Shown: positions 48,316-56,339 of the stretch, piece after piece
Position numbering within the stretch: position 1 is the stretch's first letter
Layout: the number at the start of each line of letters is the position of its first letter
Source: Myxococcota bacterium
GTDB lineage: Bacteria; Myxococcota_C; UBA6777
Length of the DNA: 64,000 bases
Reading direction: 5' to 3'
Assembly: GCA_023150835.1 (NCBI GenBank)
Contig: JAKLKB010000004.1
Span: 1 to 64,000 of the forward strand
The notes under the pieces: generated by a model
What the model saw: only the letters and a program-made list of their open reading frames with translations
The model's database searches: none
Told to the model about the DNA's origin: nothing
Made by a program: the position numbers and the translations under genes

Positions 48316-50004
48316 ATGAGCCACCACGAAGCCGCCGAAAGCGATGTTTCACATTTTATTCGGGATATCATCCGAGAAGATCTCGCCACAGGAAAACACA
48401 CGCGCATCGCGACGCGTTTTCCGCCAGAACCCAACGGCTATCTGCACATCGGTCACGCCAAGTCGATCTGCTTAAACTTTGGGATGGCGCTCGAATTTGG
48501 TGGGACTTGCAACTTGCGGATGGATGACACCAATCCAACCAAAGAAAATGTCGAATACGTCGAATCGATCCAACGTGATGTGCGTTGGTTGGGCTTTGAT
48601 TGGGGAGATCGTCTATTTTTTGCTTCGGATTATTTCGGTAAGCTGTACAACTACGCCGAAGATCTGATCCGTATGGGCAAGGCTTATGTTTGCAGTTTGA
48701 GCGCAGAAGAGATCCGAGAGTATCGCGGAACCCTGACAGAGCCGGGAAAAAACAGCCCTTATCGCGACCGCTCTGTCGAAGAAAACTTGGATCTGTTTCG
48801 TCGGATGCGTGCGGGAGAATTTGAAGACGGTTCGATGGTATTGCGGGCCAAGATCGATATGGCTTCTTCCAACATCACGATGCGCGATCCGACGCTTTAT
48901 CGCATCCGTCGCGCCCACCACCACCGCACAGGGGATGCGTGGTGTATGTATCCGATGTATGACTTTGCGCACGGTTTGTCCGATGCGTTGGAGGGGATCA
49001 CGCATTCGCTTTGCACGCTGGAGTTTGAAAACAACCGCCCGCTCTATGATTGGTTTGTGAGCCAAGTCGAGGTTCCTTCTCGCCCACGCCAAATCGAATT
49101 TGCACGACTGGAGCTAACGTACACGGTGATGAGCAAGCGCAAGCTGTTGCGTTTGGTCGAAGAAGGCTTGGTCTCGGGATGGGATGATCCGCGTATGCCG
49201 ACGATCGCAGGGATGCGTCGACGTGGCTTTACGCCCGCTTCGCTGCGCAACTTTAGCGAACGCATCGGTGTCGCCAAGCGCAACAGCACCGTCGATGTCG
49301 CGATGCTTGAACACGCTTTGCGCGAAGACTTGAACGCCACAACTCCCCGTGTGATGGCTGTTTTGGATCCGATCCGTGTGGTGATCGAAAACTACCCCGA
49401 AGGTCAATTCGAAGAACTGGAGGCCCCGTATCACCCCGAAGATCCCGCGATGGGTTCGCGCAAAGTCCCCTTTTCCCGAGAACTCTATATCGAGCGTGAA
49501 GACTTCATGGAAGACCCACCAAAGAAGTTTTTCCGCCTCGCACCCGGGCGCGAAGTCCGCTTGCGTTATGCCTACTACATCACCTGCAAAGAAGTGGTCA
49601 AAGATGCAGAGGGCCGAATCATCGAGCTGATCTGCACCTATGATCCCGCCTCACGCGGTGGAACAGCGGACGGTCGAAAAGTCAAGGCCACCTTGCATTG
49701 GGTTTCTGCGCCTCACGCCATCCCCGCAGAAGTTCGCCTGTACGACCGCCTCTTTACAGTTCCTGATCCCGAAGGCGACAAAGACAAAGATTTCACCGCC
49801 TTCTTGAATCCCGAATCCTTGAAGACCATCGTCGGCTACGTTGAACCCGCCCTGTCCAACGCTGCCCCCGAATATCGCGTCCAGTTCGAACGGATCGGCT
49901 ATTTTGTGGCAGACCAACTCGACACGCGCCCGAACAAACCTGTCTTTAACCGCATCATCGGTTTGCGCGATACGTGGGCCAAAGTCGCCTCCAAAGAAGA
50001 ATAG
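48316..50004 (+). CDS. glnS: Glutamine--tRNA ligase
   Basis: [18 protein letters not shown] (HIGH), [48 protein letters not shown]. Confidence 0.97.
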   Translation: MSHHEAAESDVSHFIRDIIREDLATGKHTRIATRFPPEPNGYLHIGHAKSICLNFGMALEFGGTCNLRMDDTNPTKENVEYVESIQRDVRWLGFDWGDRLFFASDYFGKLYNYAEDLIRMGKAYVCSLSAEEIREYRGTLTEPGKNSPYRDRSVEENLDLFRRMRAGEFEDGSMVLRAKIDMASSNITMRDPTLYRIRRAHHHRTGDAWCMYPMYDFAHGLSDALEGITHSLCTLEFENNRPLYDWFVSQVEVPSRPRQIEFARLELTYTVMSKRKLLRLVEEGLVSGWDDPRMPTIAGMRRRGFTPASLRNFSERIGVAKRNSTVDVAMLEHALREDLNATTPRVMAVLDPIRVVIENYPEGQFEELEAPYHPEDPAMGSRKVPFSRELYIEREDFMEDPPKKFFRLAPGREVRLRYAYYITCKEVVKDAEGRIIELICTYDPASRGGTADGRKVKATLHWVSAPHAIPAEVRLYDRLFTVPDPEGDKDKDFTAFLNPESLKTIVGYVEPALSNAAPEYRVQFERIGYFVADQLDTRPNKPVFNRIIGLRDTWAKVASKEE

Positions 50005-50213
50005 CCCGCCCTGCCCCATCGATCCTCTTTCCATCTACATCGAAAAAAGCCTAAACTACCGAACCCATCAAGCGAGTTTGCTTTTCGTTCAAGGTGGGGG
50101 GTTGCCAACAGGCCGACGTTCGGCGATATCCTTGAACCCGTCCATCGAGAGAAAAAACAGCATCCACGACCATACATCGTACTCAAACAAAGAACATTTG
50201 GGAGGCTTTTCTG

Positions 50214-51605
50214 ATGAAGTTGCAAGTCTATAAGCAAGGAAAGCTGGTGTCTTTTCAAGGAACCAACACACTCGTTGTCAAAAGCTCCAAAGGCTTTGGT
50301 TGGGGTTGCGCGGGGTGGGTCGCCGCTTGGTTTGTGCCCAGTTTTCTTCAATTCCCTCCTTGGTTGGGAGGGCTTTTTTTCGTTGGGTTGGTCTTTTTTG
50401 CGGTTCGACATCTCATCTCTACAGGCAACCAAGCCTCGCTGCCGATCGTCGAGCACTTGGAACTCGACACCACCGAGCATTTGTTGAGCATCGAAGCGGC
50501 AGTCGGCGAAGACAAACAAGTCTGGGATCTGCCGACGTCTTCTCTTCGCAACGTCCAAATACGCACCTTGGGCTTGGCCACAGGACTGTATGTGGAGTTG
50601 TCGCCAAGCCTCGATCTTGCGTTCGAGATGACTCTTGGGTTTGAAGATTTTGCGGGCATCGAGCCGCTTTCCGTGTACTGCCACATCCAAGGGATCCGAG
50701 AGACCTCCGATCTCGAACACTTCGCCAGTTCGTTGAGCGCGATGCTCGGTTTGAAGATCTTGTTGCTGATGGAGCGTGGGCAAAAAGAAGCCCGATTCTT
50801 TATGGCCAAAGAATATCCCGGAGATCTCGATCCCCTCGAACGGCTCGATAGCATCGAATATCCAAAATGGATCACCGATCGCCTCCTCGGCCTCGAAGAA
50901 ACCCCCTCCTCGATCCAAGAAAACGCCGAATCCGAAGAAGCTTCTTTCTTTGAATCCATCGACGAAAAAGAACAGAAAGAACTCCTTTCCGAAACCAAAA
51001 CCAGAAAACCTCGCAGACTCAGCCCCGCCCAAGACTCGACCCTGCCCTTCCCCGCTCCTCTTGTCCAAGCCGCACCACCTGCGGCCCCCACCCTCTCTTA
51101 CCAACTCCCACCCAAACAAACACCGCCCAGTCCCACAGCCGACACGCCACACCACCTACAAACATCGCCGCCTTCGCCACAAACATCACAATCTTCGCCA
51201 CAAACATCGCAGTCTTCGCCACAAACACCGCACCCTCGCGCCAAACAGTCAAAGCCTACGACCCAAGCAGCACAGCCTTCGACCAAGCCAGCACGAACTT
51301 TGAGCAGACCAGCGCAACCTTCGGCCCTTCCGCAGTCACCCTCAATGGCTCCGCAAGAAGAAGCCTTCCGCCCACCCGCTCCACAGGCATCTCCGATGGC
51401 TCCGCAAGAAGAAGCCTTCCATCCGTCTTCGCCACCCGCTGAGACGTTCTCCCCCACCGCTGCATACGACACTTCGATCAAGGAGTTGCCTTGGTTGACA
51501 GGCGAAAGCAAAGGTCATTGGCCCGAATGGTCGAGTTTTTCATCGTCTCAACAATCCAAACCTGCCCTCTCTTGGCCCACATGGGAAAGTCAAGATCCGA
51601 AATAG
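50214..51605 (+). CDS. Hypothetical membrane protein with Pro/Ser/Gln-rich disordered C-terminus
   Basis: GGAGG RBS; two N-terminal TM segments; low-complexity tail. Confidence 0.7.
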   Translation: MKLQVYKQGKLVSFQGTNTLVVKSSKGFGWGCAGWVAAWFVPSFLQFPPWLGGLFFVGLVFFAVRHLISTGNQASLPIVEHLELDTTEHLLSIEAAVGEDKQVWDLPTSSLRNVQIRTLGLATGLYVELSPSLDLAFEMTLGFEDFAGIEPLSVYCHIQGIRETSDLEHFASSLSAMLGLKILLLMERGQKEARFFMAKEYPGDLDPLERLDSIEYPKWITDRLLGLEETPSSIQENAESEEASFFESIDEKEQKELLSETKTRKPRRLSPAQDSTLPFPAPLVQAAPPAAPTLSYQLPPKQTPPSPTADTPHHLQTSPPSPQTSQSSPQTSQSSPQTPHPRAKQSKPTTQAAQPSTKPARTLSRPAQPSALPQSPSMAPQEEAFRPPAPQASPMAPQEEAFHPSSPPAETFSPTAAYDTSIKELPWLTGESKGHWPEWSSFSSSQQSKPALSWPTWESQDPK

Positions 51606-51683
51606 CCGAAACCACGACCTCCATCCAAAACAAAGGCCACAAGCTACAACGAAATCCACAAGCTACAACGAGATCCGCAAGTG

Positions 51684-51950
51684 ATACGAAATCTGCCCGT
51701 AGTGTGCGCCAACATAGGTGCAGCCCCCCATAGTGCCTTCCTCCCCCTCGCGGCAGCAGCGAGGCTTTGCGAGCGTCGCAGGGGGCTGGGGGGTGAGGGT
51801 GATACGACAAGACCCCCCTGTCAGATTCCCCCGCTGGATGGGCTTTACAGAGGATGTGTCCGAGTGTTAGCCCCCCCTTTCTGCCCAAGAACAGGGCGTC
51901 TACAGCAGATCTCATCCTCCCTTCGTGTATACTTCTCTCGGATATCGCAT
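51684..51950 (-). repeat. Full-length family A element with nested ~150-bp module
   Basis: Ends ATACGAAATCTGCCC (51684) and GGATATCGCAT (51950); internal module shared with 12716-12870. Confidence 0.8.
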
Positions 51951-51998
51951 CGCAACGAAGCCCACATGCCAAAACAAAAGCAACAAGCCGCGTTGCCT

Positions 51999-52331
51999 TT
52001 AACGAAGTTGCTCCGCTTTCGGATAAGACTCTCCGAGAAAGTCTGCGATCTGACAAGCCAAAGAGAAAGCCACCAACGGACGTTGCGCGATGGGAACGAG
52101 ATAATGGACACGGATCTGGATGCGCCCTGTGCGCGGGACCAAGACCACTTGGTGATGCGAACGAGGGTCTTCGTACACCAACAGCCACGTCTCACGGGTT
52201 TGATCCACAAACCCCGCGTGCAGCAAGCAACGACCGATCCACGAGCAGCTTTCTTCGGACTCACGGGGATGTTCGGGGACACAGCGCCACAATAAAAACT
52301 GCACGCAGCTTGGGTCGCGTTGGATCTGCAT
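51999..52331 (-). CDS. Small hypothetical protein, last gene of the ParA/Roadblock/V4R cluster
   Basis: GAGG upstream of ATG 52331; MQIQRDPSCVQF...HQVVLVPRTGRIQIRVHY; co-directional, about 90 bp after the V4R gene. Confidence 0.6.
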   Translation of the reverse strand: MQIQRDPSCVQFLLWRCVPEHPRESEESCSWIGRCLLHAGFVDQTRETWLLVYEDPRSHHQVVLVPRTGRIQIRVHYLVPIAQRPLVAFSLACQIADFLGESYPKAEQLR

Positions 52332-52420
52332 GGTGAGTACACAACCTCGATATCTCGTCGGGCACCATGTACAAAAAACCCGTGATTGCGGTATTTCAAG
52401 CGACAAAGTCGTTGGCAACG

Positions 52421-53695
52421 CTACTTTCGGATGCGCTCGACGGCGACTTCGCAGTAGTCGTCGCCTTTGGAGACACAATGCGTTTCTTGGAAGCGCCATT
52501 GTGGGTCGCTGTGGAAAAGCGAGCGATAAAAGGCTTGATCAAACGTTGGTTTTTCGCGCCAAGGAACGCGGTGTGCGAGTTGGACGGCTGCGAGTGTGCC
52601 GCCTTGGTGGAGATAGCAACGGCCCGAAGAAGCGAGGCCATGGCGTGTGACGTGGTAGGTGCTTTCGTAGGTTCCGGGGGTGCGGAGGACAAAGTGTTTG
52701 TCTGGCGCAAAGTCTTGGATGGTCCATTGACCAAACCCAAGAGCTCGACCGATCGCACAGCAGCCGATCAAGATCTCCAACGGATCACCTGTCGGCGCAC
52801 CGACCAAGCCCTCCCATTCGGGTGAACGCAAGATCCCGCCAAAGGTATTGAAGCCGCATTGATGGCCCGCTTCGACAAGAAGCCCCTGCATCACATCAAA
52901 GGATTGGGGAGCGGTGCGTTCGATGTTGTAGAGTGCGTTGTAAGAGATCCCGTTGTAATAAGACGCCAGATGAAGGGTCACGAAAACACCGAAACCTTGG
53001 ACCAATCCGCGTTCGTCGCTGTTGATGGTACCAAGAAAGCTCCGTAGCCCCGTTGTGATGGCGCGGATCTGCTCTTCGTGCTTTCCCGAAAAGCTATCCC
53101 CGAGAAGACGCTGCGTTTCGCGCTTTCCGACAGGCCGAGACGGAGGCATCGGTTGTTTGGCCCCTTCGATCTGAAAGCGGCATTGCGGCGCGCCAAGGCT
53201 GACGCATGTTTCTTCCGCAACATCCAGCGTTCCCATCGGCAGATCAAAGGCGATCTCAGTTGCAGCCACCGCGCACCCCGCCGCAACCGCATCCGCCGTA
53301 TGGCGACGACGGACTTTTTCGCCATATTTTTCTTTCCACGTATAACCGTAATGGAGAAAGTCGCCCGTCGCTAAACCGCCCTGCGCTTGGGTATGCAAGC
53401 GAAGGTTTCCGTGCCCCATCGCGGCAAAGATCAGTTCAGCGACTTTGAGTTTTTCGGCGGGCGTATCTGCCCCTGAGCGCGGGACAAGTTGAGCGAGATA
53501 ATGGTAAAAAGCCTCGTGGGCTGTGCGCGTGCGAAGTGCCATCCCTTCGCGTGTGCCAAGCGCGTCGTCGATGGTTTGATCGAGCCACAAGTTGTAATGG
53601 TGGCAGTGATAGACAACAGGCGTGTCGGCAAAAAAAGCGAACGCATGTTCGGGGAGAACAGAGAAGAGTTCTTCTTTCTTAATTTGTACGGTCAT
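52421..53695 (-). CDS. Tandem V4R (4-vinyl reductase/H-NOX/Bet3-like fold) domain protein
   Basis: Two repeats, each with a GxG motif (AMGHGNL, ALGFGQW) and a terminal E-x-x-C-x3-G-x3-C (EETCVSLGAPQCRF, ETHCVSKGDDYCEV); N-terminal HCHHYN. Confidence 0.78.
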   Translation of the reverse strand: MTVQIKKEELFSVLPEHAFAFFADTPVVYHCHHYNLWLDQTIDDALGTREGMALRTRTAHEAFYHYLAQLVPRSGADTPAEKLKVAELIFAAMGHGNLRLHTQAQGGLATGDFLHYGYTWKEKYGEKVRRRHTADAVAAGCAVAATEIAFDLPMGTLDVAEETCVSLGAPQCRFQIEGAKQPMPPSRPVGKRETQRLLGDSFSGKHEEQIRAITTGLRSFLGTINSDERGLVQGFGVFVTLHLASYYNGISYNALYNIERTAPQSFDVMQGLLVEAGHQCGFNTFGGILRSPEWEGLVGAPTGDPLEILIGCCAIGRALGFGQWTIQDFAPDKHFVLRTPGTYESTYHVTRHGLASSGRCYLHQGGTLAAVQLAHRVPWREKPTFDQAFYRSLFHSDPQWRFQETHCVSKGDDYCEVAVERIRK

Positions 53696-53735
53696 GAGCT
53701 TACCTTTGTCAGTCCAGTCTGGGCATCGTGTAAGA

Positions 53736-54335
53736 TTAAACGTTGAGTTGATCAATACCGAGGATGTCACAGACCGCTTCTTCGACCTTGGCAAGCGCCT
53801 GTGGGCTGAGCGAAGCGGGAGCTTCGAGATGTTCCATGGGGATGCCTGTGCGCAAAGCAAGACGCATCATCGAGGCATGTGGATCGGGGGCATAACGCTG
53901 TAAGAATTCGAGGATGCGTGCGGCCCGAGGGCTTTGCTCTGCCTCGCCGTCTACACTCGTTTCTTGGAAGCCTTCGAGTTGAAGTTGAAGTGTTTCGCCG
54001 ATGCGCCGCCCAAACAGACGCGCCATCCCGATCGGAAGGCTGGACTCAAAAGCAAAAACAAGCAAGAAATCTTCGCGTAGTTCGCGCAAAAGCAACAGGC
54101 GATCGCTGGATTCAACGGTGATCTGGAGTTCCGAAGACCACGACCCCATCAGACGGAGCGCATCACGGTGGTTGCGCACAAGCTCGCCAAACATCGCGGC
54201 AAGTTCTTCGGAGGCTTCTTGGAGGACAGGAAGGACATAAGAATCAAAGAGCAAGCAGTCAGGCATCGTGATCACAAAAAGGCCTTGGAGCGCGGGGACG
54301 CCTTCGGCTGCTGCGGGAAGATTGAGGATCTGCAT
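53736..54335 (-). CDS. Roadblock/LC7 (MglB-like) domain protein with small C-terminal helical domain
   Basis: AAGGAG RBS; GLFVITMPDCLLF...EELAAMFGELV...QITVESSDRLLLLREL..DFLLVFAF...IGMARL pattern of the Roadblock fold. Confidence 0.75.
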   Translation of the reverse strand: MQILNLPAAAEGVPALQGLFVITMPDCLLFDSYVLPVLQEASEELAAMFGELVRNHRDALRLMGSWSSELQITVESSDRLLLLRELREDFLLVFAFESSLPIGMARLFGRRIGETLQLQLEGFQETSVDGEAEQSPRAARILEFLQRYAPDPHASMMRLALRTGIPMEHLEAPASLSPQALAKVEEAVCDILGIDQLNV

Positions 54336-54351
54336 CCGTACACTCTCCTTG

Positions 54352-55437
54352 TTAAGCGAAACGGGCGATGGTGTCTTGCAAAGCACCGAGAAAAGGGCAA
54401 AGCGTGATATCTTCGATGGGATCGGGCCGAACAACGCCAAGAGTCATCGGCCCAAGCGGTGTAGTCAACCAAAACAGGCTCAGCGCAAAGTTCGGATCAA
54501 TTTGTAAGCACAGCGAACGCACCGCGAGATGTGCTTGATGTTGTATCGGAAAAGCGGCTGCGATCGATCGGATCTGTGCGTAAAGCATCGGAGCCCAAAG
54601 CAACGCTTCTTCGGGGGCATCGGCTTGTGCCAAAGGGAGTCCTTGTTCGTCGCACAAAAAGGCCATACAAGCCCCTGTGGAAGGCAGCAACCACTCGACA
54701 AAACGCAAGAGAGCCTTCGGCAGATCTTCACTTTCAAGGAATATCGGAGCGTTGCGCTGCGGTGCGGGAGGAGGCATCCAAAGCGGTGCGATCGGAGCAA
54801 GTGGCAAACGCCGAGACACAAAGATATCGTCCTCAACTTGGAGGTTCCAGCGGATCTCGTCAGGTTCGATCGCTTCGAGATCTTCGGCTAGATCGCTGAG
54901 ATAGCCAACAGGTTGGAGCGGTTTGGGTTGTAAGGCGTCAAGGGAGGCAGGTTGCACAACAGCATGGTGCGGTTGATAGGGGGGTGGGGTCTGCTTGATC
55001 TGGCGAAACGGCGCATAATGCGAAGCGATCGATTGCGCACGTTCGAGGGCTTCTTGTTGTTTGTGTTGTTGTATCTTGCTTGAGGAAACAGCCGAAACAG
55101 CGCGGGATGGGGTTTGTGTAGAGAGAGAAACCAAGGAAGCTGCTTGACTGTCGGAAGGCAAGGCAAACGAGAGATCTTCTTGCGAATCAAACGATTCAGC
55201 AGAAACGACCGAAGCGGGCGGAGAATCGGGGAAGCGAGAAGAAAAAGGCGGTGCATAAGACAACACAGGAGGGGCCTGTGTTGTGCGTGTGCGCGTGGGG
55301 GGGTCGGCCTCTTGGAGCAGTTCTTCTTGTACGGGGAGTTGATACAAAGCCTGTTGTGGTCGAGGAGGCGGGACGATCTGCTCAAAAAGAGCGTCAAGGC
55401 GGCTTTGTTCGATCCAGAGGAGTTGAGATTTGATCAT
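54352..55437 (-). CDS. Protein with disordered N-terminus and C-terminal Roadblock-like domain
   Basis: GGAG RBS; C-terminal AFLCDEQGLPLA then helix, three strands and helix; Pro/Ser/Gln-rich N-terminal part. Confidence 0.62.
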   Translation of the reverse strand: MIKSQLLWIEQSRLDALFEQIVPPPRPQQALYQLPVQEELLQEADPPTRTRTTQAPPVLSYAPPFSSRFPDSPPASVVSAESFDSQEDLSFALPSDSQAASLVSLSTQTPSRAVSAVSSSKIQQHKQQEALERAQSIASHYAPFRQIKQTPPPYQPHHAVVQPASLDALQPKPLQPVGYLSDLAEDLEAIEPDEIRWNLQVEDDIFVSRRLPLAPIAPLWMPPPAPQRNAPIFLESEDLPKALLRFVEWLLPSTGACMAFLCDEQGLPLAQADAPEEALLWAPMLYAQIRSIAAAFPIQHQAHLAVRSLCLQIDPNFALSLFWLTTPLGPMTLGVVRPDPIEDITLCPFLGALQDTIARFA

Positions 55438-55463
55438 CGCGAGATCTCCGACACAAGAGCGTT

Positions 55464-56270
55464 TCAATCCACCAAAGGCATACGCTCGCCGTCATAAGCG
55501 TGTTCCAACAGCGAAAGGCGTTCTTCGAGTTCGATGGCGAGTTGCTCAAAAAGCAAAGCAAGCGGCTGAAAGCCCGAGGGCATCAAGCCAAGCGGCGATC
55601 CGACCGCGCTGGCTTCGAGAAAAGCCTGATCGCGTGGGATCAGCGTACGAAACAGAGATTGCGCGGGGAAGCGCTGACGGATCTCATACAGCGCCGCCGA
55701 AGAGATCGCGCTTTCAGCTTGCCACATTGTGACGATCAATCCGGTCAATGCGAGAGGATAATTTTCGGAGCGCAGCCATTGGATCTGTTCGAGCAGTTGA
55801 GGAAAACAACGCAACGCGAGCGGTTCCGCTTGGAGCGGGGCGACCACATGAGAGCTTACCCGCAACGCAGCGAGAGTCAGTTCGTTTAATCCGGCGGGTG
55901 TGTCGAGCAAACAGAGATCATACTCGTCGCGAGCTTGTTCGAGGACTTGTAGCAGCGCTTGTTGTTGGACGATCACACTACGCCAAAGCGCGGAGTTTTG
56001 CCTTGGCAACATCCCGACAGGCAACAGATGCAAACCCGCTTGGCGCGTGACGATACGTGCTCGATCAAGCGGATGGTTGTGCAAGGTCATGCCCACCAAC
56101 CCCGAAGCGCGCTGGAGCTTGGCAGAAAGCGACGCCCCCAACGAGCCTTGGGCATCCATTTCGATCAACAAAGTACGCCATCCTCGGCGTGCGAACGAAA
56201 AGGCGAGATTGAGGGCAAGAGTCGTTTTGCCATCACCACCTTTTGGACTTGCTACAGCCAACGCTCTCAA
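55464..56270 (-). CDS. ParA/MinD/Soj-family ATPase
   Basis: Deviant Walker A KGGDGKTT, LLIEMDAQGSL, YDLCLLDTPAG, PLQAEPLA, IPRD..F.EA...G.P; GAGGAAGG RBS before TTG 56270. Confidence 0.9.
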   Translation of the reverse strand: MRALAVASPKGGDGKTTLALNLAFSFARRGWRTLLIEMDAQGSLGASLSAKLQRASGLVGMTLHNHPLDRARIVTRQAGLHLLPVGMLPRQNSALWRSVIVQQQALLQVLEQARDEYDLCLLDTPAGLNELTLAALRVSSHVVAPLQAEPLALRCFPQLLEQIQWLRSENYPLALTGLIVTMWQAESAISSAALYEIRQRFPAQSLFRTLIPRDQAFLEASAVGSPLGLMPSGFQPLALLFEQLAIELEERLSLLEHAYDGERMPLVD

Positions 56271-56339
56271 ATTTTCCTTCCTCTTCTGCTTGGCGAATGA
56301 AAGACCAACCAAAGATCACAAAACAGTGGTCAATCGGAC

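Noticed and set aside
49899-51155. 418-aa minus-strand ORF
   Set aside because: Antisense to the RBS-supported 50214-51605 gene and overlapping the glnS end; no recognisable domain.
55464-56270. Chromosome-partitioning parAB locus or plasmid/prophage partition cassette
   Set aside because: No parB, replication or phage genes adjacent; context indicates an orphan ParA-like ATPase.
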